A model generated the notes under the pieces. That model saw only the letters and a list, made by a program, of their open reading frames with translations, made no database searches and was not told where the DNA came from. A DNA stretch of 34,402 nucleotides from Candidatus Thorarchaeota archaeon. GTDB lineage: Archaea > Asgardarchaeota > Thorarchaeia > Thorarchaeales > Thorarchaeaceae. Below, piece by piece: positions 8,956-16,652 of the stretch. The DNA is taken from the NCBI GenBank assembly GCA_048884785.1, contig JBHLQM010000035.1, forward strand, positions 1-34,402, in the 5' to 3' direction. The position numbers and the translations under genes were made by a program. Numbering within the stretch: the first letter of the stretch is position 1; each line of letters begins with the position of its first letter.

Positions 8956-10311
8956 ATGACCAAGGATATTCTCTCTACATTGGCACCTATGATATCAATT
9001 GCCCAGAAAGAAGGAGCTGATGATGTAGAACTCTTTGGTCAGCTGTATCAAGATAGAGAGGTCAATATCGAATCTAATTCTCTAAAGACTTCCATCAGTG
9101 GAATTCAGGAAGGAGTAGGTATTAGAGTCATCATCAATAAATCAGTAGGCTTTACCGCTGTGAACTCACTGGCTAGAGATAGAATCTTGGATGGAATTCG
9201 TGATGCGATCTCAATTGCCAAAGTAACTCCTCCACAGGATTATCATGAATTCCCAGAGAGTGAAGAAACAAGACCAGTAAAGAATCTCTATGATGAAAAA
9301 ATTGTGTCATCAGATATTGGAACAATTACTGAATATGCAGCGGAGTTACTTGAAACCATGCAAGGGATCGATAAGCGATTGACCTTCAATAGCGGTTCCT
9401 TTCTCTCCAGAATTGAACGGCGAGCAATTGTGTCATCGAAAGGAATAGAGGCAAATGAAAGAAAAACAGGGATAAATTGGAGGGTCTTTGGTTGGGCAAT
9501 CGATGGTGACGATATTGGCTCTTTTGAATATGAATCCGACGCAGTGACATCATTGAAGGATTTAGATATTAGTAAAGGTATAGAAAACTTTGCAGCAAAA
9601 GCTTTAGCGAACCTAGGAGCAGTAAAGACAGAAGCATTCAAAGGACCAGCAATCTTTACACCCGAGGCAGTATCTGACCTCCTAACCATCGTTTGCTATG
9701 CAGCGACAGGAACTTCTATTCAAGCAGGAAATAGCTACTTGCAGGATAAGATAGGAGAGAGCGTTGCGATTGAGGACTTCAGCCTCATCGATAACGGAAC
9801 TCTACCAGGGGGTATCTTTAGCCGTTCTTTTGATAGAGAAGGTGTGCCCTCTCAACTTCTAAGAATAGTGGATTCTGGAGTTTTCAAAGGCGTGCTTCAT
9901 AGCGCTTTCACATCCAAGAAGGTTGGACTTTCATCAACAGGTAATGCTTCAGGTGGATTTAGAGTATCTCCATCAATATCAGGAACCAACCTAGAAGTGC
10001 AACCGGGTAATATGACCCTAGACGAAATGATACATGAAGTCAGACATGGTGTATATATCCAACGAATTAGTGCAGCCCCAGATTATACGACTGGAAATTT
10101 CTCAGGTGTAGTCAAAGGAGGGCGTCTCATTAAGGATGGAGAGATACGATCCACACTGAAAGAAATCACTGCAGTAGGTAACATCTTTGATTCACTCAAG
10201 GCAATCTCTGGAATGACGAAAGAACGGAAACACCTCAGAGATATGAGTGCACGTCTGGGAGTATGGCTAGTACCATTCATAAAAGTAGAAAATATTGACT
10301 TCGCGACATAG
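8956..10311 (+). CDS. pmbA: PmbA/TldE non-catalytic subunit
   Basis: GVGIR, FDREGVP, STGNA, TGNFS; no HExxxH; follows tldD with SD GGAGGTG. Confidence 0.9.
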   Translation: MTKDILSTLAPMISIAQKEGADDVELFGQLYQDREVNIESNSLKTSISGIQEGVGIRVIINKSVGFTAVNSLARDRILDGIRDAISIAKVTPPQDYHEFPESEETRPVKNLYDEKIVSSDIGTITEYAAELLETMQGIDKRLTFNSGSFLSRIERRAIVSSKGIEANERKTGINWRVFGWAIDGDDIGSFEYESDAVTSLKDLDISKGIENFAAKALANLGAVKTEAFKGPAIFTPEAVSDLLTIVCYAATGTSIQAGNSYLQDKIGESVAIEDFSLIDNGTLPGGIFSRSFDREGVPSQLLRIVDSGVFKGVLHSAFTSKKVGLSSTGNASGGFRVSPSISGTNLEVQPGNMTLDEMIHEVRHGVYIQRISAAPDYTTGNFSGVVKGGRLIKDGEIRSTLKEITAVGNIFDSLKAISGMTKERKHLRDMSARLGVWLVPFIKVENIDFAT

Positions 10312-10329
10312 TACAAATTATCTCATTGA

Positions 10330-10625
10330 TCTAAATTCAATGAGCCGACTGCTATGACTGGACGACTCTTGAGTCATTTGCGAGTAGTGAAGGCCATGCC
10401 ATGGTAAATGCTGTGGAATTAATGTCTGCGCCGGACATTCTGATGAGTCCGGGGTAATGCGGCGGACAGAAGTCGGGTCCCATCGGAGGAACGATGTTCT
10501 CATGAAGAGGGGCAAAGCTCATGACACTTCGAAGGCCACTGACTCGTCGGACGTTGGTGACAGCAGCCGTGAGAAGGATTGAACACAGAAGTATCTTGTT
10601 GATGTTCACTCATTAGACTTGTAGA
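10330..10625 (+). ncRNA. Putative structured non-coding RNA of unknown class (~290 nt)
   Basis: Intergenic tract, visibly GC-richer than its flanks, tiled by hairpins and closed by a long-range helix (AATGAG 10339-44 / CTCATT 10609-14). G-U pairs and a GUGA tetraloop favour the + strand. No family recognised. Confidence 0.5.
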
Positions 10626-10639
10626 ATTCGGGTCAGAGC

Positions 10640-10654
10640 CAAAGAATTATATAT
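10640..10654 (+). promoter_or_regulatory. BRE/TATA promoter of tfb
   Basis: Purine-rich CAAAGAA followed by TTATATAT about 115 nt upstream of the tfb ATG. Confidence 0.6.
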
Positions 10655-10768
10655 GCGAAAAATACCGCTTGCGGACGCATTTCCCCTCGCAATGCGGTTT
10701 TATCAGGAAATCTGCTGAAGCACATCTCCGGCTGTATAACGAGAGGATTGTACATAGGTGAAGAGAAA

Positions 10769-11710
10769 ATGGCGAAACCAGTCCGTGCGCTAAGTGACAG
10801 GCAAGGCGCTTTTGTTTGCTCCTCTTGTGGAGGCACCGATTTCTACGAAGATCAAACGCGCGGGGAGAGCATCTGCACCTCTTGTGGATGTGTTCTGACA
10901 GACCGCATTGTTGACTCAGGCCCTGAATGGAGAGCTTTTACGGCAGAAGAGAGAAACTCTCGAGCTCGTACAGGTTCCCCTATGACACTAACAATGGCAG
11001 ATAAGGGACTTGCAACGACCATTGGATGGAGTGACAAGGATGCCAATGGTAGAGCCATTGCAGCAAATAATCGTGCAGCAATATATCGAATGAGAAAATG
11101 GCAGATTAGAACTCTCGTTCACAGTTCTCAGCACAGAAATCTTAGTATTGCAATGAGTGAAATGGACCGGCTTACATCACAGCTCGGAGTACCGCATGAA
11201 ACCAAGGAAACTGCGGCTCTTATTTATAGAAAGGCACTTGGAAAGAGATTGGTCCGCGGTCGAAGCATCGAAGGCATGGTTGCAGCTTCAATTTATCTCT
11301 CATGTCGAATTCACAAGATACCAAGACAGCTCGATGAGATAGTAACTGAAGCTAAGGTGAATAGGAAAGAACTTGGTCAGTGCGTTAGACTGGTTCTAAG
11401 AAATGTAGCCATTAAGGTACCAATCCCATCCGCAAATGACCTCATGCCACGAATTTCTGCCGATCTTGCACTAGAGGGTAAGACTGTTCAATGTGCCATG
11501 AATATCATCAACGATGCACGAAATCGCGGTATAACTGCAGGAAAAGATCCTGGTGGTCTTGCGGCCGCAGCTTTGTACATTGCAGGTATTATTGAGAACG
11601 ATAGACGTACTCAACGCGAGATTGCTGAAGCAGCGAATGTGACTGAAGTAACAGTGCGAAATCGCTACAAGGATTTGGCAACGAGCCTCAAGATTACAAT
11701 TAGACCATAG
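10769..11710 (+). CDS. tfb: Transcription initiation factor IIB (TFB), copy 1
   Basis: Zn ribbon CSSC...CTSCG, B-reader GPEWRAF...RARTG, LVRGRSIE, VTEVTVRNRYK; SD AGGTGA before ATG 10769. Confidence 0.96.
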   Translation: MAKPVRALSDRQGAFVCSSCGGTDFYEDQTRGESICTSCGCVLTDRIVDSGPEWRAFTAEERNSRARTGSPMTLTMADKGLATTIGWSDKDANGRAIAANNRAAIYRMRKWQIRTLVHSSQHRNLSIAMSEMDRLTSQLGVPHETKETAALIYRKALGKRLVRGRSIEGMVAASIYLSCRIHKIPRQLDEIVTEAKVNRKELGQCVRLVLRNVAIKVPIPSANDLMPRISADLALEGKTVQCAMNIINDARNRGITAGKDPGGLAAAALYIAGIIENDRRTQREIAEAANVTEVTVRNRYKDLATSLKITIRP

Positions 11711-11728
11711 TGGGAGCGAACTCCCACT
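11709..11728 (+). terminator. Hairpin directly after the tfb stop (possible terminator or 3' stability element)
   Basis: AGTGGGAG-CGAA-CTCCCACT, perfect 8-bp stem followed by a pyrimidine-rich tract. Confidence 0.45.
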
Positions 11729-11785
11729 CCCCATTTTCATCTCCAAAAAGTCTTTTCAGAGCCTAATTACTTAAAGACAATTGGA

Positions 11786-12535
11786 ATGAGTCAATTTCTA
11801 CTAGTCCTGTGTGGGATTCCATCAAGCGGGAAGACATCCCTTGCAAGGGCAATACTCGAGCAGTTCTCCTCAAAAGATTGTATTGAATTAGTGAGCACTG
11901 ACTCATGGAGAGATGAACAATATTATTCTCAATTCGAACCTGAGAAAGAGAACGAAGTGAGAAGGAAGGCTCTGAAAATGACTCAAAGCCTGCTTCAGGA
12001 GGGCAAGTCGGTAATTCATGATGACACCAACTACTATGCGAGTATGCGTCATGAACTGTATAGTATAGCCATCAAAACACAGTGCCGGTTCGGTGTAGTA
12101 TATGTCAGCACACCACTCAAAAATGCGCTTGATTGGAATGCCGAGAGGGGGAATCCTGTCCCGCCAGAGGTGATTACTCGAATCTCACAACGATTTGATA
12201 CTCCAGGCAAGAAATATGCGTGGGATAGACCTGTTTTCTCCATCAATCTCGCAGAGCAGTCTATTAATGATTGTATGTCTTCATTAACTGAAATCATCGA
12301 AGAACTAAATCCAGTATCATCAGAAGTCAAGTCACAAATAGCAAAGCAAAACGAGATAGATATGTTGACACGAAAAGTCGTTGGAAAATTCCTGAAAAAG
12401 AAACCAAAATATCAGGGTCATCCCGAGGTTTCTCGAATCAGAAAGGATGTACTGCGCGAAGCAATTAGGAAAGGGATGTCTTCGAACGAAGCTGAAGATA
12501 TTCTTTTGAAACGGCTTGCAGGGATTAGGAATTAA
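11786..12535 (+). CDS. pstK: O-phosphoseryl-tRNA(Sec) kinase
   Basis: P-loop GIPSSGKT, DDTNYYASMR, FDTPGKKYAWDRP, short helical C-terminal domain; 249 aa, like methanococcal PSTK; abuts tRNA-Sec. Confidence 0.93.
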   Translation: MSQFLLVLCGIPSSGKTSLARAILEQFSSKDCIELVSTDSWRDEQYYSQFEPEKENEVRRKALKMTQSLLQEGKSVIHDDTNYYASMRHELYSIAIKTQCRFGVVYVSTPLKNALDWNAERGNPVPPEVITRISQRFDTPGKKYAWDRPVFSINLAEQSINDCMSSLTEIIEELNPVSSEVKSQIAKQNEIDMLTRKVVGKFLKKKPKYQGHPEVSRIRKDVLREAIRKGMSSNEAEDILLKRLAGIRN

Positions 12536-12546
12536 AAACATGGGAA

Positions 12547-12637
12547 TGGCGGCTCCTCAAGAGAATCGAACTCTAATCGCTTGCACGATCACGGGTTTGA
12601 AGCCCGCGGCCTGAGACCACCCACGCTATGAGGAGCC
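12547..12637 (-). tRNA. selC: tRNA-Sec (anticodon UCA), 91 nt, 9/4 fold, CCA encoded
   Basis: GGCUCCUCA UA GCGUGGG-UGGU-CUCAGGC CGCGGG-CU UCA AA-CCCGUG AUCGU-GCAA-GCGAU U AGAG-UUCGAUU-CUCU UGAGGAGCC G CCA: 9-bp acceptor stem, 7-position D stem, 6-bp anticodon stem, long variable arm, 4-bp T stem, G73. Confidence 0.97.
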
Positions 12638-12670
12638 ATTCTTCTGAATTAGGAGTGTGAATTATGGAAT

Positions 12671-12678
12671 TCTTAAAG
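12671..12678 (-). promoter_or_regulatory. Possible TATA box for tRNA-Sec
   Basis: CTTTAAGA on the minus strand about 35-40 nt upstream of the mature 5' end. Confidence 0.4.
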
Positions 12679-12686
12679 ATAGGGTT

Positions 12687-13334
12687 TTAGATGAAGTTCT
12701 GGATGACTTCCACCGTATCTCGTTTCCATTCAATGCTCTTTTTTGCTAGGGCCGTAGCTAAGTTCGCTGGCATCGATTCCTCCCGAGGGAGCTTCTCAAT
12801 ATTCGCCAGCCATCCACTCGTGCTTAGGGCGATTGGATGAATATCTTGACCTTCGGTAGCTTTGATCATCATCTCTCGACCATGTGCAACTTGGTAGTAG
12901 ATATCAGAGATTGATTTCTTTTTCAGAATCAAAAGAACAAGGCGATCCCAACAAGCCTTTGCAACCAATGCACGTCGTACTTTGCCTTGGTCATCAGTTT
13001 CTAGCACTCTATATTTGTCGAGAGATCCATTCAGAGAATTGGTAATCTCATCCAGCAATGAATGTACTTTGTCTTGGTCAGGTCCAGACACATCAATGCT
13101 AAGGGTGCCATCGGATTCCTTTACTACAACACCCACCTCCATGCTGTCACTATTGATATTTGCTGAAAATTTAGCTCTGCCTTCAAAACTAGCTCCTTCC
13201 GGCTCGGAATAATCTGCAAGATATACACCAGCCTTGGAGGCGACCGTATACCACGCCACACGGAACACCAATGCAGAGTCATCAACATAATCGATGACAC
13301 GCGTTAGCTTGGTTGATTCTCTACCTTCTACCAA
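12687..13334 (-). CDS. Hypothetical protein embedded in the Sec cluster
   Basis: 215-aa ORF with TTG start 17 nt after the SepSecS stop, preceded by GGAGG; alpha/beta N-terminal half and helical C-terminal half; no recognised family. Confidence 0.75.
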   Translation of the reverse strand: MVEGRESTKLTRVIDYVDDSALVFRVAWYTVASKAGVYLADYSEPEGASFEGRAKFSANINSDSMEVGVVVKESDGTLSIDVSGPDQDKVHSLLDEITNSLNGSLDKYRVLETDDQGKVRRALVAKACWDRLVLLILKKKSISDIYYQVAHGREMMIKATEGQDIHPIALSTSGWLANIEKLPREESMPANLATALAKKSIEWKRDTVEVIQNFI

Positions 13335-13351
13335 GGCATTTATTCCTCCAT

Positions 13352-14677
13352 TCAGGCACTTTTGGTATGAGATGTGATTTCCTTATAGAGTTTGGTTGTA
13401 GCTTTTTCAATGTCTTTTTTGCTCGTTCCGATAGCTGCGTTCATCACAATATAGTCGTGGGGATAGTCCTCGATGCATGATCCATATGACCCGGCCTTTA
13501 TTGCTCTGGGACCTGTTACTCTCCTGTTGTATAACCTACCGCCCAGTGAATTTGCATCAATATCATCTATTGTCATACCAACAGCAATCTGATTTTCCAC
13601 ATCCAGAACTCTTTGATTGGTTTTAGAAGCAATCTCTTCAATTGATTCTTGAAGAATTGATCTGCAGTGAACCTGTTCTTTCCTTAATTCCTCGTATCTG
13701 ATGCGACCTAACGAGAGAAGAGCCGCAAAAGTTTGCAGAACTGGAGCTGCACTCGCCCTACCAGCATATGTTTCTGATACAGCGTCAATCAATTCTGCAT
13801 TTGGAGAAACAATAATTGAAGATCCTACAGGCGCTAGGAAATTCTTGTCTCCGCTCTGAATTATGGCGTCAACACGTCCGGCATCTATTGCAGAGTATAT
13901 ACTCTTCATTATCTTCTCAGATTGCACTCCATATGCGTTGTTGATGACAAGGGGTTTTCCATACTCTTGACAGAGTTTCGCAATTTCCTTTATTGGGTCT
14001 GATGCTCTAGGTGGGAAGAATGTAGTTGTTGCGAGGACGGCATATCTTTTCTTAGAAGAAAGAGCAGATTCTAGCGCTCCAACATCAGCTTCAACGGTGT
14101 CCATATTAAGACATGTTGGAGTTTCAATCAAATCAAGACCAACTAATTCAATTCCCCGTCGTGGGGATTCGTGGTCGATCCGAGGATAAAGAACGCCAGA
14201 TATTTTTTCAAGCCGCCTTAAAGCAGCAAATGATAGACCTATGCTCATACCAGTTGAAACTGGCAGTATCAGCCCAGCCGCAACATTTCCCAATCCAAGT
14301 TTCCTGAACGCGTCTAAAGCAACTTGATTTGCCACCTGATACATTAGTGATGCTCCGGGAGCCTTTGGCTGAGGCGCTGTAACATGACCACTGCGACCAA
14401 TTCCATGATTGAATCCGGCTGCAAGGTTTCCAACATAGGGAGATGCAATTCGTCCCTCCCTTTCGCCAACCCGTGCGGCTTCCAGATCTTTGTCTGTATC
14501 GAGAGAGGATAATACCTTGAAGAACATCTCGAGCTGCAGGTCGGTAAAGCCAGCATCTGGGAATCTTCTTTGATGCAAAACATTTCGAATGGGACCGAGA
14601 AGAGACTCCAGAGTCGTTTCACTTCGTTTAATCATATTCTCAGGAATCAAATCCCTGAGAGCTTTATCTAAGTCCAA
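13352..14677 (-). CDS. spcS: O-phosphoseryl-tRNA(Sec) selenium transferase (SepSecS)
   Basis: GEREGR, HGIGRSG, QPKAPGAS, NNAYG, SGDKNF (PLP lysine), YAGRAS; TTG start at 14677 follows SD AGGAGG and overlaps the selB stop. Confidence 0.95.
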   Translation of the reverse strand: MDLDKALRDLIPENMIKRSETTLESLLGPIRNVLHQRRFPDAGFTDLQLEMFFKVLSSLDTDKDLEAARVGEREGRIASPYVGNLAAGFNHGIGRSGHVTAPQPKAPGASLMYQVANQVALDAFRKLGLGNVAAGLILPVSTGMSIGLSFAALRRLEKISGVLYPRIDHESPRRGIELVGLDLIETPTCLNMDTVEADVGALESALSSKKRYAVLATTTFFPPRASDPIKEIAKLCQEYGKPLVINNAYGVQSEKIMKSIYSAIDAGRVDAIIQSGDKNFLAPVGSSIIVSPNAELIDAVSETYAGRASAAPVLQTFAALLSLGRIRYEELRKEQVHCRSILQESIEEIASKTNQRVLDVENQIAVGMTIDDIDANSLGGRLYNRRVTGPRAIKAGSYGSCIEDYPHDYIVMNAAIGTSKKDIEKATTKLYKEITSHTKSA

Positions 14678-16061
14678 ACCTATACTCCTCCTCAACCAAT
14701 CTTATGTAGAACACCTCTTCCAAGTCAGACACAGATGTATCGAAAATGACGGATACAACTCCTCTTGTTCCAAATGTCTGCTTTATATCTCCTGATGCAC
14801 CGGAAGCGGCATATACAGTTTTACCTATCAATTTTTCAGCAGCTATCTTGCTTGATGCCAAACCTTCAACCAGAGTGTCATCTTCGCGAATTCTATACAC
14901 TTTCCCTCTTCTTGCTCGTCTGGCCAACAGCTTGATGCTAGAGGGAACTTCGATTATCTCGCCGGATCCAACAATTCGCATCTTGGTAGGTGGCAAATCT
15001 GATCTCATTAGAATTACATGCATTCCTACCTCTAGACCTAGGGGTCGCTGGAATAAAAGTGCCGCTTCGAAACTCTCTTCTCTTGTTGAGTCTTGGATAA
15101 TTCTATTCTCACCATCAACCATGTATGGAACAATTTCAGAAGTCACTGTTGGCATTCCTATGGTGGCATTCAAAACCATGCGCTTTGATATAGTTCCCTC
15201 ATACATTGGAACTCGCTTAATTCTGCAAAATGCAGATGTGGCTGTAGTCAAGGAGCTATTTCTGCAAACATAGTCCCCTCTCTTCAAATCAGCGCTGTTT
15301 ATTTCAGGGATGTTTATGCCCACTCTATCGCCCGCAGCTGCGTCGTTCTTTGTTTCACCAAAGACCTGAATGGATCGTATACGTGCCTTCTTGTTCAGTG
15401 GAACTACCTCAACAATGTCCTCGACACTAACTCTCCCTCGGAGGATGGTACCAGTGACAACTGTACCATAGCCTTTCTTGGAGAATGCGTGATCTAGCGG
15501 AAGTAGCAAGGAGCCAGAAGAGTCACGCTCACGAGGCTTTACTCGTTCTCGAAGGACACCTCTGAGCAGGTCGATTCCCTCACCGGTCTTGGATGATATC
15601 CTTACAATTGCAGAATCGTGATAGCCTGCGCTATTCATAACCGATCGCGCTTTGACTTCAACTTCATTGAGTTTGGATTCGCTAGCTAGGTCGCATTTTG
15701 TTATCGCAACAATCACGGTTTCAATTCCCAGAGACTTGAGTACAATGATATGTTCACCAGTCTGAATCTTTGGTCCTTCGTCTGCTGCTATTGTTAATAT
15801 CGCGGCATCAATGATGCCTGCGCCAGCAACTACACTTCGAATGAGATCTGCATGTCCGGGAGCATCTACAAGTGTCACCATGAAACCATCGAGGTTGAAC
15901 ATTGTGAAACCCAGATCAATTGTGATCCCTCTTTGCTGAGACTGAGGGTGTTTATCAAGACCTGCCGTAGAAACCTTTTCACTGAGCACTCTTGCCAGAG
16001 CAGTCTTTCCATGATCAATATGACCCATGAGTCCAATATGAACTGGAATCGGTCCCGACAT
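14664..16061 (-). CDS. selB: Selenocysteine-specific elongation factor, archaeal/eukaryotic type (aSelB/eEFSec)
   Basis: GHIDHGKT, RGITIDLGF, LVDAPGHADLIR, DHAF...GTVVTGT, AGDRVG; short beta-barrel domain IV (G.I..TFGTRG) rather than bacterial winged helices; alternative start 16091. Confidence 0.95.
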   Translation of the reverse strand: MSGPIPVHIGLMGHIDHGKTALARVLSEKVSTAGLDKHPQSQQRGITIDLGFTMFNLDGFMVTLVDAPGHADLIRSVVAGAGIIDAAILTIAADEGPKIQTGEHIIVLKSLGIETVIVAITKCDLASESKLNEVEVKARSVMNSAGYHDSAIVRISSKTGEGIDLLRGVLRERVKPRERDSSGSLLLPLDHAFSKKGYGTVVTGTILRGRVSVEDIVEVVPLNKKARIRSIQVFGETKNDAAAGDRVGINIPEINSADLKRGDYVCRNSSLTTATSAFCRIKRVPMYEGTISKRMVLNATIGMPTVTSEIVPYMVDGENRIIQDSTREESFEAALLFQRPLGLEVGMHVILMRSDLPPTKMRIVGSGEIIEVPSSIKLLARRARRGKVYRIREDDTLVEGLASSKIAAEKLIGKTVYAASGASGDIKQTFGTRGVVSVIFDTSVSDLEEVFYIRLVEEEYRFGLR

Positions 16062-16159
16062 CTCACTCAATTTGGAGATACTTGATATCATGTTAAAACC
16101 TTCGTCTTGAGTGGGACCAGTCAGAGTACTTTATTGGGCGCGGTGTTTCATATCATTAT

Positions 16160-16573
16160 ATGGTATCTAGATCACTGGAGAAGATGATTCTCATTGCAAT
16201 TGGATTAACAACAGTCGTCATCATCGGAGTGCCAGTACTGATCTATGCGATGGAAACACTGACAAATGCATCACAGCTTGAGATGGCTGAGAATTTTGCA
16301 GATAGCCTGCATAATGCTACCAACAGAGTGGACATGGGTCTGACTAACCACACATACATGCAGGTTTCTATTCCTCAGTATGTATCTGTAAGTGCATCAG
16401 GAAATACGCTTACGATTGCATTCACAAAAGACGGGGGGAACACATACTCCTGGTCAAATACCTACACACATCCAGTTTCATTGAGTGCGCCACCGGGCCC
16501 TGGGATATACACATTGACCATTGTGATTGAAGATGGAGAACTTCTAATAGTGTTCACACCCATGACAGTATGA
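16160..16573 (+). CDS. Small membrane-anchored/secreted protein, pilin-like architecture
   Basis: N-terminal hydrophobic helix, amphipathic helix, then Ser/Thr-rich beta strands; no clean class III signal peptide motif. Confidence 0.45.
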   Translation: MVSRSLEKMILIAIGLTTVVIIGVPVLIYAMETLTNASQLEMAENFADSLHNATNRVDMGLTNHTYMQVSIPQYVSVSASGNTLTIAFTKDGGNTYSWSNTYTHPVSLSAPPGPGIYTLTIVIEDGELLIVFTPMTV

Positions 16574-16652
16574 GTAGATTATCCAGCACAACGTTTTTAA
16601 TGCAGCCTATAGCTCTCGCCTCGAACAGCGCCAAAGGCGAGGACCGAATACA

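Noticed and set aside
10318-10613. Minus-strand ORFs (65 aa, 85 aa, and a frame with CPSS-TGA)
   Set aside because: No recognisable protein pattern or SD; G-U pairing bias points to a + strand RNA instead.
10330-10740. Assignment of the structured tract to SRP RNA, RNase P RNA, group I intron, cobalamin riboswitch or SECIS
   Set aside because: Only fragments match (TGCTGT/ACAGCA P4-like pairing, GCCACTG...GAAGG, GAA-GGC-CAT-GCC-A, AG-T-CCGGGG/CTCCGGCT); the invariant flanking residues or helices of each family are missing.
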